From assembly GCA_902495645.1 (NCBI GenBank), contig CABUXY010000002.1:149640-213639 (forward strand): DNA of 64,000 nucleotides, written 5' to 3'. The notes under the pieces were generated by a model. It was not told the DNA's origin and did no database searches. It saw only the letters and a list, made by a program, of their open reading frames with translations. How positions within the stretch are numbered: the stretch's first letter is position 1; the number at the start of each line of letters is the position of its first letter. This stretch comes from an uncultured Collinsella sp. Lineage in GTDB: Bacteria > Actinomycetota > Coriobacteriia > Coriobacteriales > Coriobacteriaceae. Of this stretch, positions 38,664-48,194 are shown one piece after another. Both the position numbers and the translations under genes were made by a program.

Positions 38664-39773
38664 TTAGGCGGGTTTAAGCCCAAAACACGCCCGCAACGTG
38701 TTAAATAGCGCCTCTTGTTTCTTTCTGCGAGCGTCAACACGGTTGCGATATCGCTTACTCATGCGCTGGTGGATGCGCCATGCGAGCGCTTCCATCGCTT
38801 CCATGTCACAGAGCATTTCGTTGTTGACCGTCGCGATCTCGATTCCCATAGTAATCAAGCCCGTGTTGCGTTTTTCATCATGGATACGTCCCCTCCGGGA
38901 GGAATGGCCCAGCTCACCGTTGTATTCCAGGTCAAACTGGGCTGCTTCCTGATACGCATCGCAAACTGCATGCGGCATCCCCGAGATTGCCTGCGCGCGG
39001 TCATCGAACTCGATCTTGTAGTCGGTCTTAAAGGGACCGCAGGCAAATCCGCCATAGGAAAACGGAAGCGAAAACAGAGCGAGCATGATGCACTCCATGG
39101 GCGAGCGCAGATTTTCTGACAGGTAGGGACACAGGCGCAGCAGCTGTTTGGCCACATTCCCCTTGCATGCCGCGAGGTAATCTACCAGGCAATCGGGTGT
39201 CAGCACGGACTCGACCTCAAAGTAACCGACATCTGGCGGCTGGTCTTTGTCCTTTGCCAATTTGTTCACGACAGGCGAGGTGTAGGGAGGCAGATACTTC
39301 CCGCGGTCACTCAGTGAAATCTTAGAGCACAGCTCCTGGGCCAGGGCAAATGCCTGGATGCAGCCGACCTCGCGCGCGACGGCTACGCAAAGGGCCTCGG
39401 GAGATAGACTGTACACCCCCGGTTCCACCTCTAGAATCGAGCCGGCGGGCAACTCGGAGCATACGGACCAGCTCACGCCAAGAATACGGCGGCGCTGCGC
39501 TGCAGACCCTACCAGCAAGCACAAATCCTCTTGCACCTCGCCGCTTGCGGCCCCAATCCGCACCAAATCGGGAAGATAGATGTCCTCGGTCGAGGGCGAC
39601 GACGTGCGCAGCACACGGCGCTCTTCATCGGGATTAAGGTCCTTCCAGCTTATGTAGCCCATCTGCCGGCGCTCGGCGCGCATCATGCGCAGCGCCGAGG
39701 CACCCGTCAGAATTACGGAAGCAGCCAGCTGCTCGCTTGCAGGCTTGCCACGCTGCCCGATCTTTATTGCCAT
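38664..39773 (-). CDS. Hypothetical protein with a putative C-terminal DUF559/Vsr-like endonuclease fold
   Basis: RSPME...CDAY...DLEYNG..H...DEKRNTGL..MG pattern; family assignment is by eye only. Confidence 0.65.
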   Translation of the reverse strand: MAIKIGQRGKPASEQLAASVILTGASALRMMRAERRQMGYISWKDLNPDEERRVLRTSSPSTEDIYLPDLVRIGAASGEVQEDLCLLVGSAAQRRRILGVSWSVCSELPAGSILEVEPGVYSLSPEALCVAVAREVGCIQAFALAQELCSKISLSDRGKYLPPYTSPVVNKLAKDKDQPPDVGYFEVESVLTPDCLVDYLAACKGNVAKQLLRLCPYLSENLRSPMECIMLALFSLPFSYGGFACGPFKTDYKIEFDDRAQAISGMPHAVCDAYQEAAQFDLEYNGELGHSSRRGRIHDEKRNTGLITMGIEIATVNNEMLCDMEAMEALAWRIHQRMSKRYRNRVDARRKKQEALFNTLRACFGLKPA

Positions 39774-39784
39774 CTGAACCACCC

Positions 39785-40591
39785 CTACCAAACGCGTGCG
39801 ATAGCAAGGCCATCGACTGCCGCAGCGCCGGCGCGCTTGAGTTCCGCCGAAGCCGCTGCCATCGTCGCACCCGTGGTGATAACGTCGTCGATAAGCAGCA
39901 GGCGGCGGCCCCGCACGTCCTCAACGGTCTCGTACATACCTCGGGCACGCTCGCGGCGCTCCTCACGACCGAGTTCGCGCTGGTCACCATGCCCGTACTT
40001 GACGAGAGCATCGAGCAGGGGAACACCCGACAGCTCGCAAAATGGGCGCGCAATGGCCTCCATATGATCAAAACCACGCCGCCGAAACGCTGCCGCCGTC
40101 GCAGGCACAAACACCACCGCATCCGCACCGGACAGCACACCTCCATAGCGATCGGGCGCTACGACCTGGGCATGCAGGGCGGTGTCGTAGAGCAGCTCCG
40201 CCAGATACGGAGCCAGACGTCGCTCGCCCGCGTCCTTGTACGCTTTAATGATGCGCGGCAGCGGATGCGCATAGACGGCGCACGCCAGGCAGCGGTCGAG
40301 CGCCTCCGCCATTGCCGAGGACGTGCCCTCGACCGAACACTCAGTGCACAGCAAATCCCCAAACGGGGCGCCGCATCGGGTGCAGCTATGACGTGGGTCG
40401 ATGAGCGTGAGCGCAGTCAGGCAGTCTTGGCAAATAAGCGTACCGGCGCGCTCGCAGCCGGCACATCGTGTTGGCGACAATGCCTCGAGCGCCTCGCGTG
40501 CCACCCGCTCGGCAAACGGTAGCAATTCGTCCGCAAACGGTAGGGCACCGGTACCCTGCAGACAGCTCAATATGTTCAGATGGCTCTTCAA
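39785..40591 (-). CDS. comF: ComF family protein (double zinc ribbon plus PRTase)
   Basis: Four CxxC motifs, RRRGFDH, LLIDDVITTGAT; start uncertain. Confidence 0.9.
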   Translation of the reverse strand: MKSHLNILSCLQGTGALPFADELLPFAERVAREALEALSPTRCAGCERAGTLICQDCLTALTLIDPRHSCTRCGAPFGDLLCTECSVEGTSSAMAEALDRCLACAVYAHPLPRIIKAYKDAGERRLAPYLAELLYDTALHAQVVAPDRYGGVLSGADAVVFVPATAAAFRRRGFDHMEAIARPFCELSGVPLLDALVKYGHGDQRELGREERRERARGMYETVEDVRGRRLLLIDDVITTGATMAAASAELKRAGAAAVDGLAIARVW

Positions 40592-40693
40592 GACACAACC
40601 CTCCCTACGTTCGGTCGCAGGGAGGGTTGTTGATTCGGCGCTATGATACCCCGATGCGCTCGGGGCAAGGCGGGCTAAATCCGCTCGCGGGCG

Positions 40694-42388
40694 CTATTCG
40701 CCGGCAGGCGGTTGCGGTGCGGACGAGGTGTGGGTCGAGCCTTCGCCACCGTCCTGGCGCGGCTTGCGGGAGCGACGGCGGCGGCGACGCTTTTGACCCT
40801 GGTCGGTCGAGCCCTCGCCACCGCGATTCTCACGCGGTTCGCACTCGTCGCGAGCGCCGCCGTGCGAAGCCTTGGCGGCAGCTCCTCCGCCATCGCCGGG
40901 GCGACGGCGCGTGACCTTGACTTCGCCATCCGAAACCTGATCGGCCACAGAAGGAACCGAGGGCTTCTGCTGCGCGCCCGAGGAATGGCGACGACGCGGA
41001 CGTGACGCGCGCTCCTCCTCGCCACGCGGCTTGCCAGCCTTGTCGGCAGGCGCGTCGGAGGCCGAGGCGCCCTTGGGAGCGGCACCGGCCTCGCGAGCAG
41101 CTGCGGCGCGGAAGGCGTCCTCGCGCTCCTCGCTCGACAGGTGACGGCGACGACGGCGCGTGGGGTTCATGCCACCGCCGCGATTTTGCTGCTGGGGCTG
41201 CTGAGCCTCGCGCTCGCGGGAAGCGTTCTTACCCGCGGCCTCGCCATTGTCGACGGACGCCGTGCGCTTGCGGCGGCGACGGCCATCGGCTGCTCCCTCG
41301 GTCTCGGGCGCCTCGGCCTTGCCGCGGCCCTTTCCACGGCCACGGCCCTCGCCCTGGCCCTGAGCGGTGCGAGCATCGGATTCGGCATCGCGACGACGGC
41401 GCTTGGGCATCGATGTGCCGGCCAGACGATCGGCGCTCGACAGGCCATCGCCCACGTCGACGCCGTTTTCGCGATCGAGTTCCATGAGCGCCAGACGCAT
41501 CTCGGGCGACTCGATGCGCTCGAGCACGTCGCGCGTCACGCAGTCGGGGCGGCAGTTGCAGCCCTGCTCGGCGGCCTTCTTTTTGCAACCCTCCGAGCAC
41601 GTCATATCGGCCAGGTTAACCTTAAAGACTTTGCCGTTCTCCAGGCGCAGCACCAGCTGCTCACGCGGCGTGTCATATTCCTGGATGCGCGCCTTGCCAA
41701 GCGGCGTATCGATAAGCGTCTTCTTTTTGGGCGCGCGGCTCTTAAAGTCCTTGTACGCCTCGAACTCGTAGCGCAGGCAGCACATCAGGCGGCCGCAGAC
41801 GCCACTGATCTTGGACGAGTTGAGCGGCAGGTCCTGCTCCTTTGCCATGCGGATCGAAACCGGCTCAAACTGTCCGCCAAAGCGCGTGCAGCAGAGCTCC
41901 TGGCCGCACTGGGCATAGCCGCCCACCAGGCGGGTCTCGTCGCGCACGCCGATCTGGCGCATGTCGACGCGAATGTGCAGCGTCGAGGACAGGTCCTTGA
42001 CGAGCTGACGGAAATCGACGCGCTCCTCGGCCGCAAAGTAGAACACAGCCTTCTCGCCGCCAAACAGGTACTCGACGCCGACCGGCTTCATCTCGAGGTC
42101 GAGCTCTTTGACCAGACGACGGAAATCGACCATGGCCTCGTCGCCCTGGATGGCCAGGTCGTCGGCAAGCTGCAGGTCGATGTCGCTCGCCACGCGCAGC
42201 ACGGGCTTGAGCGGCTGGCCGATCTCATCTTGCGGCACCTCGAAGGGATCGGCCGTGACCAGGCCGATCTCGGTTCCGCGCTCGGTGGAGCAGATAGCAT
42301 AATCGGCCTCGAGGATATCCAGATCCTGCGGGTCGAACCACAGGTCGCGCGAGGCGTAGGTAAACTTAACGGGTACGACTAACGGCAT
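40694..42388 (-). CDS. ricT: PSP1-domain protein (RicT/YaaT) with a long Arg-rich low-complexity tail
   Basis: RVDFRQLVKDL, MRQIGVRDE, CGQELCC, ISGVCGRLMCCLRYE. Confidence 0.88.
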   Translation of the reverse strand: MPLVVPVKFTYASRDLWFDPQDLDILEADYAICSTERGTEIGLVTADPFEVPQDEIGQPLKPVLRVASDIDLQLADDLAIQGDEAMVDFRRLVKELDLEMKPVGVEYLFGGEKAVFYFAAEERVDFRQLVKDLSSTLHIRVDMRQIGVRDETRLVGGYAQCGQELCCTRFGGQFEPVSIRMAKEQDLPLNSSKISGVCGRLMCCLRYEFEAYKDFKSRAPKKKTLIDTPLGKARIQEYDTPREQLVLRLENGKVFKVNLADMTCSEGCKKKAAEQGCNCRPDCVTRDVLERIESPEMRLALMELDRENGVDVGDGLSSADRLAGTSMPKRRRRDAESDARTAQGQGEGRGRGKGRGKAEAPETEGAADGRRRRKRTASVDNGEAAGKNASREREAQQPQQQNRGGGMNPTRRRRRHLSSEEREDAFRAAAAREAGAAPKGASASDAPADKAGKPRGEEERASRPRRRHSSGAQQKPSVPSVADQVSDGEVKVTRRRPGDGGGAAAKASHGGARDECEPRENRGGEGSTDQGQKRRRRRRSRKPRQDGGEGSTHTSSAPQPPAGE

Positions 42389-43506
42389 TTCAGTGCCTTC
42401 CTGATATCGAACAGCATGACCTCGATGGCCAGCTGGGGAGTAACGTTTCTGGCGATGTTGCGCTCGGCGGTTGCGACCGCCTCGAGCGCCCGGGTGGCAC
42501 CCGCAACATTGGTCGCGGCGGCAAGCCGACCGATCGTGTCGCGCACATCCTCGTTCACGACGTCGGCCGCCTCATCCTGAAGCGTCAGCAGCACGTCGCG
42601 CATGAGCGTCCGCGCGCTCGCCAGCGCTTCCATGATACCCGAACGCTCGCGCGCGTTGAGTTCGCGCTTGTTGCGGTCCTCAAGCTGCTTCAATGCTCCA
42701 CGCGACAGGTAGTCGGCATTTTGCTCGAGCACCTTTTCCTGCGTGGACTTGACCTCGGCCAACGGCGCCTTGACGGCGACGATGAGTGACTTGGCGCGGC
42801 TGAGCACGTCAGCCTCGTCGGCGGCAATGAGTGAGTCGATGGCACGGACCATCTGACGGCGGGCGTCCTGGCGCTCAGCACTCTTAAGGAACTCGATACC
42901 GCGCGTGGGGCTGCCCGCCACGGCGACGGCCATGCGACAACGCGCGATATCCTGACCGGTGGCGCGGCTCACGGCCTGCGCGGCCACGGTGGGCGACACC
43001 AGCCGAAACGGTACGCACTGGCAGCGGCTCACGATGGTGGGCAGCATCACGTCTGCCGAGGTGCCCAGCAGGATGAACATGACGCCCTCGGGCGGCTCCT
43101 CGAGCGTTTTGAGCAATGCGTTGGCGGTGTTGGCGCGCAGCTGCTCGGCACGGTCAATGATGTAGACCTTGGCCTTGGCACGGATGGGCGCCAGGGGCAC
43201 GTCGTCGAGTAGCTCGCGCGTCTGGGCGATGAGGTAGCCTGTGGCGCTCTCGGGCGTGTAATAGTGCACGTCGGGGTGCGTATGGCGCGCAACGCGCACG
43301 CAGCTGTCGCATGCGCCGCAGCCGTCCTGCTCGCACAGGGAAGCCTGGGCGAGCGCCCATGCGGCATCGAGCTTGCCGGCGCCGGGAGCGCCCAAAAACA
43401 GATAGGCGTGCGATGCGCGGCCGCTAGCGACGGCGTTGGTCAAAAAATCGCGAACGCGCTCTTGGGTGTCGAGCTTGGCCAGCAGGCTTGCCTGAGCGGG
43501 GGCCAT
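42379..43506 (-). CDS. holB: DNA polymerase III delta' subunit
   Basis: HAYLFLG, CGACDSC, HPDV, ANALLKTLEEPP, LPTIVSRC; follows tmk. Confidence 0.9.
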   Translation of the reverse strand: MAPAQASLLAKLDTQERVRDFLTNAVASGRASHAYLFLGAPGAGKLDAAWALAQASLCEQDGCGACDSCVRVARHTHPDVHYYTPESATGYLIAQTRELLDDVPLAPIRAKAKVYIIDRAEQLRANTANALLKTLEEPPEGVMFILLGTSADVMLPTIVSRCQCVPFRLVSPTVAAQAVSRATGQDIARCRMAVAVAGSPTRGIEFLKSAERQDARRQMVRAIDSLIAADEADVLSRAKSLIVAVKAPLAEVKSTQEKVLEQNADYLSRGALKQLEDRNKRELNARERSGIMEALASARTLMRDVLLTLQDEAADVVNEDVRDTIGRLAAATNVAGATRALEAVATAERNIARNVTPQLAIEVMLFDIRKALKCR

Positions 43507-43507
43507 G

Positions 43508-44191
43508 TTACTCGGCCTCCTTGGCAAGCGCGGCGGCGACAGCATCTTGCGGAATGTCGAGACCGTACGCGCGAATCTGCTCGACCGTCTTCTCGAAGAC
43601 TTCCTCGACGGTCGCAGTGGCGTCGATGAGCTTTACGCGGTTTGGCTCCTCGGCAGCAATGGCGCAAAATCCCTGGTAAACGCGCTCTTGGAAGGCCATG
43701 CCTTTTGCCTCCATGCGATCTGCCGCGCCACGGGCTGCCATGCGTAGCGCCGCCTGCTCGGGTGTGATGTGGTAGACGAGCGTGAGCGCCGGATGCGTAC
43801 CGGCGACAGCCAGGTTGTTGGCATCGCGTACCATCTGACGGTCGAGGCCATCGGCAAACGCCTGGTAGCAGGTCGTGGAATCGTAGAAGCGATCGCACAG
43901 GACCACCTTGCCGGCCGCGAGGGCGGGCGCGATGACCTCGTGCACCAGCTGGGCACGCGCAGCCTCGTAGAGCAGCAACTCGCAGGTGTCGCCCATCGCC
44001 GTATTGGCGGGGTCGAGCAGCAGAGCACGAATCTTTTCGCTGATGGCGGTGCCGCCCGGCTCGCGCAGGCTCACAACCTGGTAGCCAGCGAGTTCGAGCG
44101 CGCGGGCAAGCAGACGCGCCTGCGTGGACTTGCCGGCACCATCGACGCCCTCGAGCGTGATAAAGCTATGTTGAGCGGGCTCAAAAGCCAT
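43508..44191 (-). CDS. tmk: Thymidylate kinase
   Basis: FITLEGVDGAGKSTQ, REPGGT, LCDRF. Confidence 0.95.
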   Translation of the reverse strand: MAFEPAQHSFITLEGVDGAGKSTQARLLARALELAGYQVVSLREPGGTAISEKIRALLLDPANTAMGDTCELLLYEAARAQLVHEVIAPALAAGKVVLCDRFYDSTTCYQAFADGLDRQMVRDANNLAVAGTHPALTLVYHITPEQAALRMAARGAADRMEAKGMAFQERVYQGFCAIAAEEPNRVKLIDATATVEEVFEKTVEQIRAYGLDIPQDAVAAALAKEAE

Positions 44192-44280
44192 GAGCGCAGC
44201 CCCTTCCTACAAGGCGCGTAAATGCAGATATATCAACCAAGCCATGATACCCCAGGGGCAGGCGCGCCCCAAATCGGGCC

Positions 44281-44378
44281 TAGTCATTGGGTAGTCATTG
44301 GGGACGCTCTTAAATGACTAGGCGACAGCTAGGGACGTTCCTAAAGTGCCGGCAGAAAAGGAACGTCCCTAACTGCCG
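44281..44378. repeat. Cluster of GGGAC-loop REP-like hairpins
   Basis: TAGTCA-N17-TGACTA (44292-44320), plus an inverted pair TAGGGACGTTCCT / AGGAACGTCCCTA (44330-44371). Confidence 0.75.
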
Positions 44379-44439
44379 ACTTTTTTGAGCGCTGGGTATA
44401 ATCGTCGTATTGATTTGAAATGTGGCGAAAGGAGTGGCA

Positions 44440-45423
44440 ATGTCTCGGTATTGCGCCTCGTGCGGCAAACTTCTTGCAGATGATGCCAAGTTCTGCACCT
44501 CATGCGGTGCACCCGTTGAGCAGACAACCGCAAGCAATGGCCAACCCGCGTTTGAGCAGACCGGCTTCCTCGATACGCCGCAAGCTAAGCCGGACGACCC
44601 CCTCGCCTATCGCCCCGACCCCGCCGCCAGTCCCGCAGCGGTCGAAACGACGCAGCGCATACCCGTCGCGGACACCCCGCCCCAACAGCAACCGGCCTCT
44701 ACGTACGCGCCTGATTCACCGCAGGCCCCCGCCGCCAAAAAGAGCAGCACCAAGGCGCTTATCGCCGTTATCGTTGTGCTCGTGGCAATTATCATCGCCT
44801 TGGTCATCTTTTTTGTGATCAAGCCTTTCGACAACGCCGCCACGCAAACGACTGCCGAGATTACTAAGCTGCACCATGATGTTGACGATGATGACCTCAA
44901 GCCTCTCGACGACCCCAATAGCCTCTACGATGATGACGACGATGACGACGAGGACGACGGCGAAGCAACCCTCTCCGAGCAGAACCTCTACCGTCGCCTG
45001 AGCGAATACTACGATCTGCTCGAAGATCTCGATAACCAGGTCCGTGCCTGCGCAGAGGCGTTCAATGGCGGTTATCTGGAAGAGGACCGTACCGCCCGTC
45101 AAAATCTCGCCGACGTCGCCGAGCGCACGGAAGACACCATCGAGCAGTACTACGATATCGTCGAGGACCTGGACGTCCCCACAAGCTCTAAGAACTACAG
45201 CTCGTGGAAGGACATCATTGCTCTGTACGACGACCTGGATCACCGCATCGATGCGATCTGCGATGCCTGGGAGATCAGCTTAAAGTACGCAAAGCCCGCG
45301 GACCATAAGAACGAGATCGTGGCGCCGCTGTCGCGCGACAACGTGGCGGGCACCAATGACAACAAGTACCGTCAGGACTTTGAGGACCGCTATCCCGGCG
45401 CCAAGCCTGTCGAGGTGAACTAG
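44440..45423 (+). CDS. Zinc-ribbon domain membrane protein
   Basis: YCASCG...FCTSCG, Pro-rich linker, one TM segment, Asp tract; AAGGAG SD; TATAAT at 44397-44402. Confidence 0.85.
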   Translation: MSRYCASCGKLLADDAKFCTSCGAPVEQTTASNGQPAFEQTGFLDTPQAKPDDPLAYRPDPAASPAAVETTQRIPVADTPPQQQPASTYAPDSPQAPAAKKSSTKALIAVIVVLVAIIIALVIFFVIKPFDNAATQTTAEITKLHHDVDDDDLKPLDDPNSLYDDDDDDDEDDGEATLSEQNLYRRLSEYYDLLEDLDNQVRACAEAFNGGYLEEDRTARQNLADVAERTEDTIEQYYDIVEDLDVPTSSKNYSSWKDIIALYDDLDHRIDAICDAWEISLKYAKPADHKNEIVAPLSRDNVAGTNDNKYRQDFEDRYPGAKPVEVN

Positions 45424-45446
45424 TCGCATGCGACGTTCTTAAACAG

Positions 45447-45477
45447 CTAGTCATTAAAGAACGTCCCCAATGACTAC
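45447..45477. repeat. Inverted partner of 44291-44321
   Basis: Reverse complement GTAGTCATTGGGGACGTTCTTTAATGACTAG is 29/31 identical to 44291-44321. Confidence 0.85.
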
Positions 45478-45480
45478 GCA

Positions 45481-45518
45481 AAAAACGAGCGAGGATCATG
45501 GGACCCTCGCTCGTTTTT
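45481..45518. terminator. Bidirectional terminator
   Basis: AAAAACGAGCGAGG...CCTCGCTCGTTTTT between convergent genes. Confidence 0.8.
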
Positions 45519-45545
45519 GTTTTAGGCGATGTTTCGACCGTGCGG

Positions 45546-48140
45546 CTACTTGTCAGCAGCGGTCTTTTTGGTGGTCGACTTCTTCGCGGTCGTCTTCTTG
45601 GCGGCAGTGGCTTTCTTAGCCGTCGTCTTCTTCGCAGTCGAGGTCTTCTTCGCCGCGCTCGCCTTGGTCGTGGTCTTGCGGCCGCGGGCGGGCTTCTTCT
45701 CCTTGGTCGGGCAGTCCATGTTCACGCAGATGCGCCACGGGCCGCGCGCGGTGTTGACCACCACGATGGGGGCGCCGCACTCGGGGCAGGTCTCGCCCGT
45801 CGCCTCGAGCTTGCCACGCGCCGGCAGCGGATAGCTCACGCCGCAGTCGTCATAGTTGGTGCAGCGGATAAAGCGCTTGCCGCTCTTCTCGCTCTTGTGT
45901 GCGATCAGGTCGCCATGGCGTCCTGCCTCGGCGCACACCTTGCACTCGCCCACCTTAAGGTCGGGCTCGTAGTTGGTGGGGCATGTGGGGTTCACGCAAA
46001 TCTCGAAAGCCTTTTGGCGGAACGGCTGGCACTTAATGCGCGGCGCACCGCATTCGGGGCACACAGCAGCCTCGCCCTCGAGCGGGCTCACCTTGACGCC
46101 GCTCGGCACCGGATAGGTCACATCGCAGTCGGGCCAGCCCATGCAGCCGATAAAGCTGCCGCGGGTCTTGGCGCTCGTCTTCATAACCAAGTCCTTGCCG
46201 CACTTGGGGCAGGCGCCCACGCGCGCATCGGCCGTGACGGCGTCGCTGATAGCATCGCCCAGTTCCTGCGTATGCTTGAGCAGCTCGTCGAGCACACCGG
46301 CCAGCAGCGCGCGCGAGTGCGTCACGACATGCTCTTCGGTGTCCTCGCCGCGCTCCACGCGGGTCATGTCGCCGTCGAGCTCGCTGGTCATATCGGGGCT
46401 CGTGATGCGCGGGGCAAACTGCGACAGTGCATCGATGATGGCGATGCCCAGCTGGCTCGGCTCCACGGGATCGTTTTTGAGATAGCGCACGGCGTACAGG
46501 CGCTCGATGATGCTCGCGCGCGTGGACTTGGTGCCCAGGCCGCGCTTTTCCATCTCCTGCACGAGCTTGCCCTGGCTGTAGCGTGCGGGCGGCTCGGTCT
46601 GCTTGGCCTCGAGCTTAATGTCGAACACGTCGACCGCATCGCCCTGCTCCAGCGGCGGCATCTGCTCGTCGCGCTTGAGTCCATACGGATACGCCTCGCG
46701 GAAACCCGGGGTCACGAGCACATCGCCCGAAGCCACGAACGGCTCACCATTGACGTCGAGCTCGAGCTTGGTGTTCTCGATGGTCGCGGGACCCATGAGC
46801 GTTGCCAGGAAGCGACGGGCGATGAGGTCGTAGAGCTTGCGCTGGCCACCGTCGAGCGCGGACGGATCGCCCTCGCCCGTGGGATAGATAGGCGGGTGGT
46901 CGGTGGTTTCGACTTTGCCGCGCGTGGGCTTCATGGGGCCGGCGAGCACCTTTTTGCACACGGGCGCCAGCGCCGGGTTGATCTTTGCAAGGTCGCTCAC
47001 CACGGCGCCCAGATCGAGCGTCGCAGGGTACACGGTATTGTCGACACGCGGGTAGCTGATGAGACCGGCCATGTAGAGGGACTCGGCGATGCGCATGGTA
47101 CGCGCAGGTGAGATGCCCTCGGCTGCGGCGGCAGCCTGCAGCGAGGTGGTCGCAAACGGCGTGGGCGGCTGCTGCTTGCGCGAACGCTTGGTCACCGCGG
47201 CGACGGTTGCCGTCGCAACGCCGTCAACGTGGCCGTACGCCGCCTCAGCAGCATCCTTGTCGGTAAAGCGCGCCGTCTTGTGCGCAATCTTAAAGCGGTC
47301 GTCCTCGGCAGCACCCTGTGCGGCGCCCATGCCGCGGATCTGCCAATAGTCCTCGGGCACAAACGCCATGCGCTCGCGCTCGCGCTCGACCACCAGGGCA
47401 AGCGTCGGCGTCTGCACACGGCCGGCAGAGCGCACGTTACCAAAGCCGCCAAACTTGGCGAGCGTCAGGTAGCGCGTGAGCACCGCACCCCAAATGAGGT
47501 CGATGTGCTGGCGGCTCTCGCCGGCGTCGGCCAGATTCTGGTCGAGCGAGACGAGATTATCGAAGGCCTGCGTGATCTCGGCCTTGGTAAACGAAGAATA
47601 CTGGGCGCGGGCGACCGGCAGGTCGGGCGCAACCTCGCGCACCTTGTTGAGGGCGTCCGAACCGATCAGCTCGCCCTCGCGATCGAAGTCCGTGGCGATG
47701 ATGACACTGTCGGACTTCTTGGCGAGGTTCTTGAGCGAACGAATGAGTTCCTTCTCGGCCGGTAGCTTAATGACGGGCGCCCAGGTGAGGTAAGGCAGGC
47801 TCTCGAGTTTCCAGCCCTTGATTGAGATGCCATCGGCAAGAAACGGCTTGCGCTTGGTGTCGTAGGGCGGACGCGCCAGGCCATCGGGTATGTCGGCCGG
47901 CAGCATCTCGCCGTCCTCGGTGACCGAATACCAGCCCAGCTTTTTATCGAACAGCACGCTGTCGCAAAAATCGGGCGCTAGGATGTGACCGGCAAGGCCG
48001 ATGGTCACGCACTCCTCGCCCTTCCACTCAAAACGGTAGATGGCGGTGTTGTACACCTTGTCCTTTTTGGGCTTGCCCGTGGACAGACGCTCGGCAATCT
48101 GACGCGCGGCGTCGTTTTTCTCGGCGATGATGAGCTTCAA
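45546..48140 (-). CDS. topA: DNA topoisomerase I (type IA)
   Basis: LIIAEK, ATDFDREGE, SAGRVQTPTL, ISYPRVD; C-terminal zinc ribbons and Lys-rich tail. Confidence 0.93.
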   Translation of the reverse strand: MKLIIAEKNDAARQIAERLSTGKPKKDKVYNTAIYRFEWKGEECVTIGLAGHILAPDFCDSVLFDKKLGWYSVTEDGEMLPADIPDGLARPPYDTKRKPFLADGISIKGWKLESLPYLTWAPVIKLPAEKELIRSLKNLAKKSDSVIIATDFDREGELIGSDALNKVREVAPDLPVARAQYSSFTKAEITQAFDNLVSLDQNLADAGESRQHIDLIWGAVLTRYLTLAKFGGFGNVRSAGRVQTPTLALVVERERERMAFVPEDYWQIRGMGAAQGAAEDDRFKIAHKTARFTDKDAAEAAYGHVDGVATATVAAVTKRSRKQQPPTPFATTSLQAAAAAEGISPARTMRIAESLYMAGLISYPRVDNTVYPATLDLGAVVSDLAKINPALAPVCKKVLAGPMKPTRGKVETTDHPPIYPTGEGDPSALDGGQRKLYDLIARRFLATLMGPATIENTKLELDVNGEPFVASGDVLVTPGFREAYPYGLKRDEQMPPLEQGDAVDVFDIKLEAKQTEPPARYSQGKLVQEMEKRGLGTKSTRASIIERLYAVRYLKNDPVEPSQLGIAIIDALSQFAPRITSPDMTSELDGDMTRVERGEDTEEHVVTHSRALLAGVLDELLKHTQELGDAISDAVTADARVGACPKCGKDLVMKTSAKTRGSFIGCMGWPDCDVTYPVPSGVKVSPLEGEAAVCPECGAPRIKCQPFRQKAFEICVNPTCPTNYEPDLKVGECKVCAEAGRHGDLIAHKSEKSGKRFIRCTNYDDCGVSYPLPARGKLEATGETCPECGAPIVVVNTARGPWRICVNMDCPTKEKKPARGRKTTTKASAAKKTSTAKKTTAKKATAAKKTTAKKSTTKKTAADK

Positions 48141-48194
48141 AAGAGGCTCCTATCTCGTATCTCTGCGGCTACGCCCGCCCGTATGGCGGCCGAC

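Noticed and set aside
38531..38740. 69-aa ORF as an antitoxin partner of the nuclease-like gene
   Set aside because: It runs through the inverted repeat, overlaps the upstream gene and has no clear SD.
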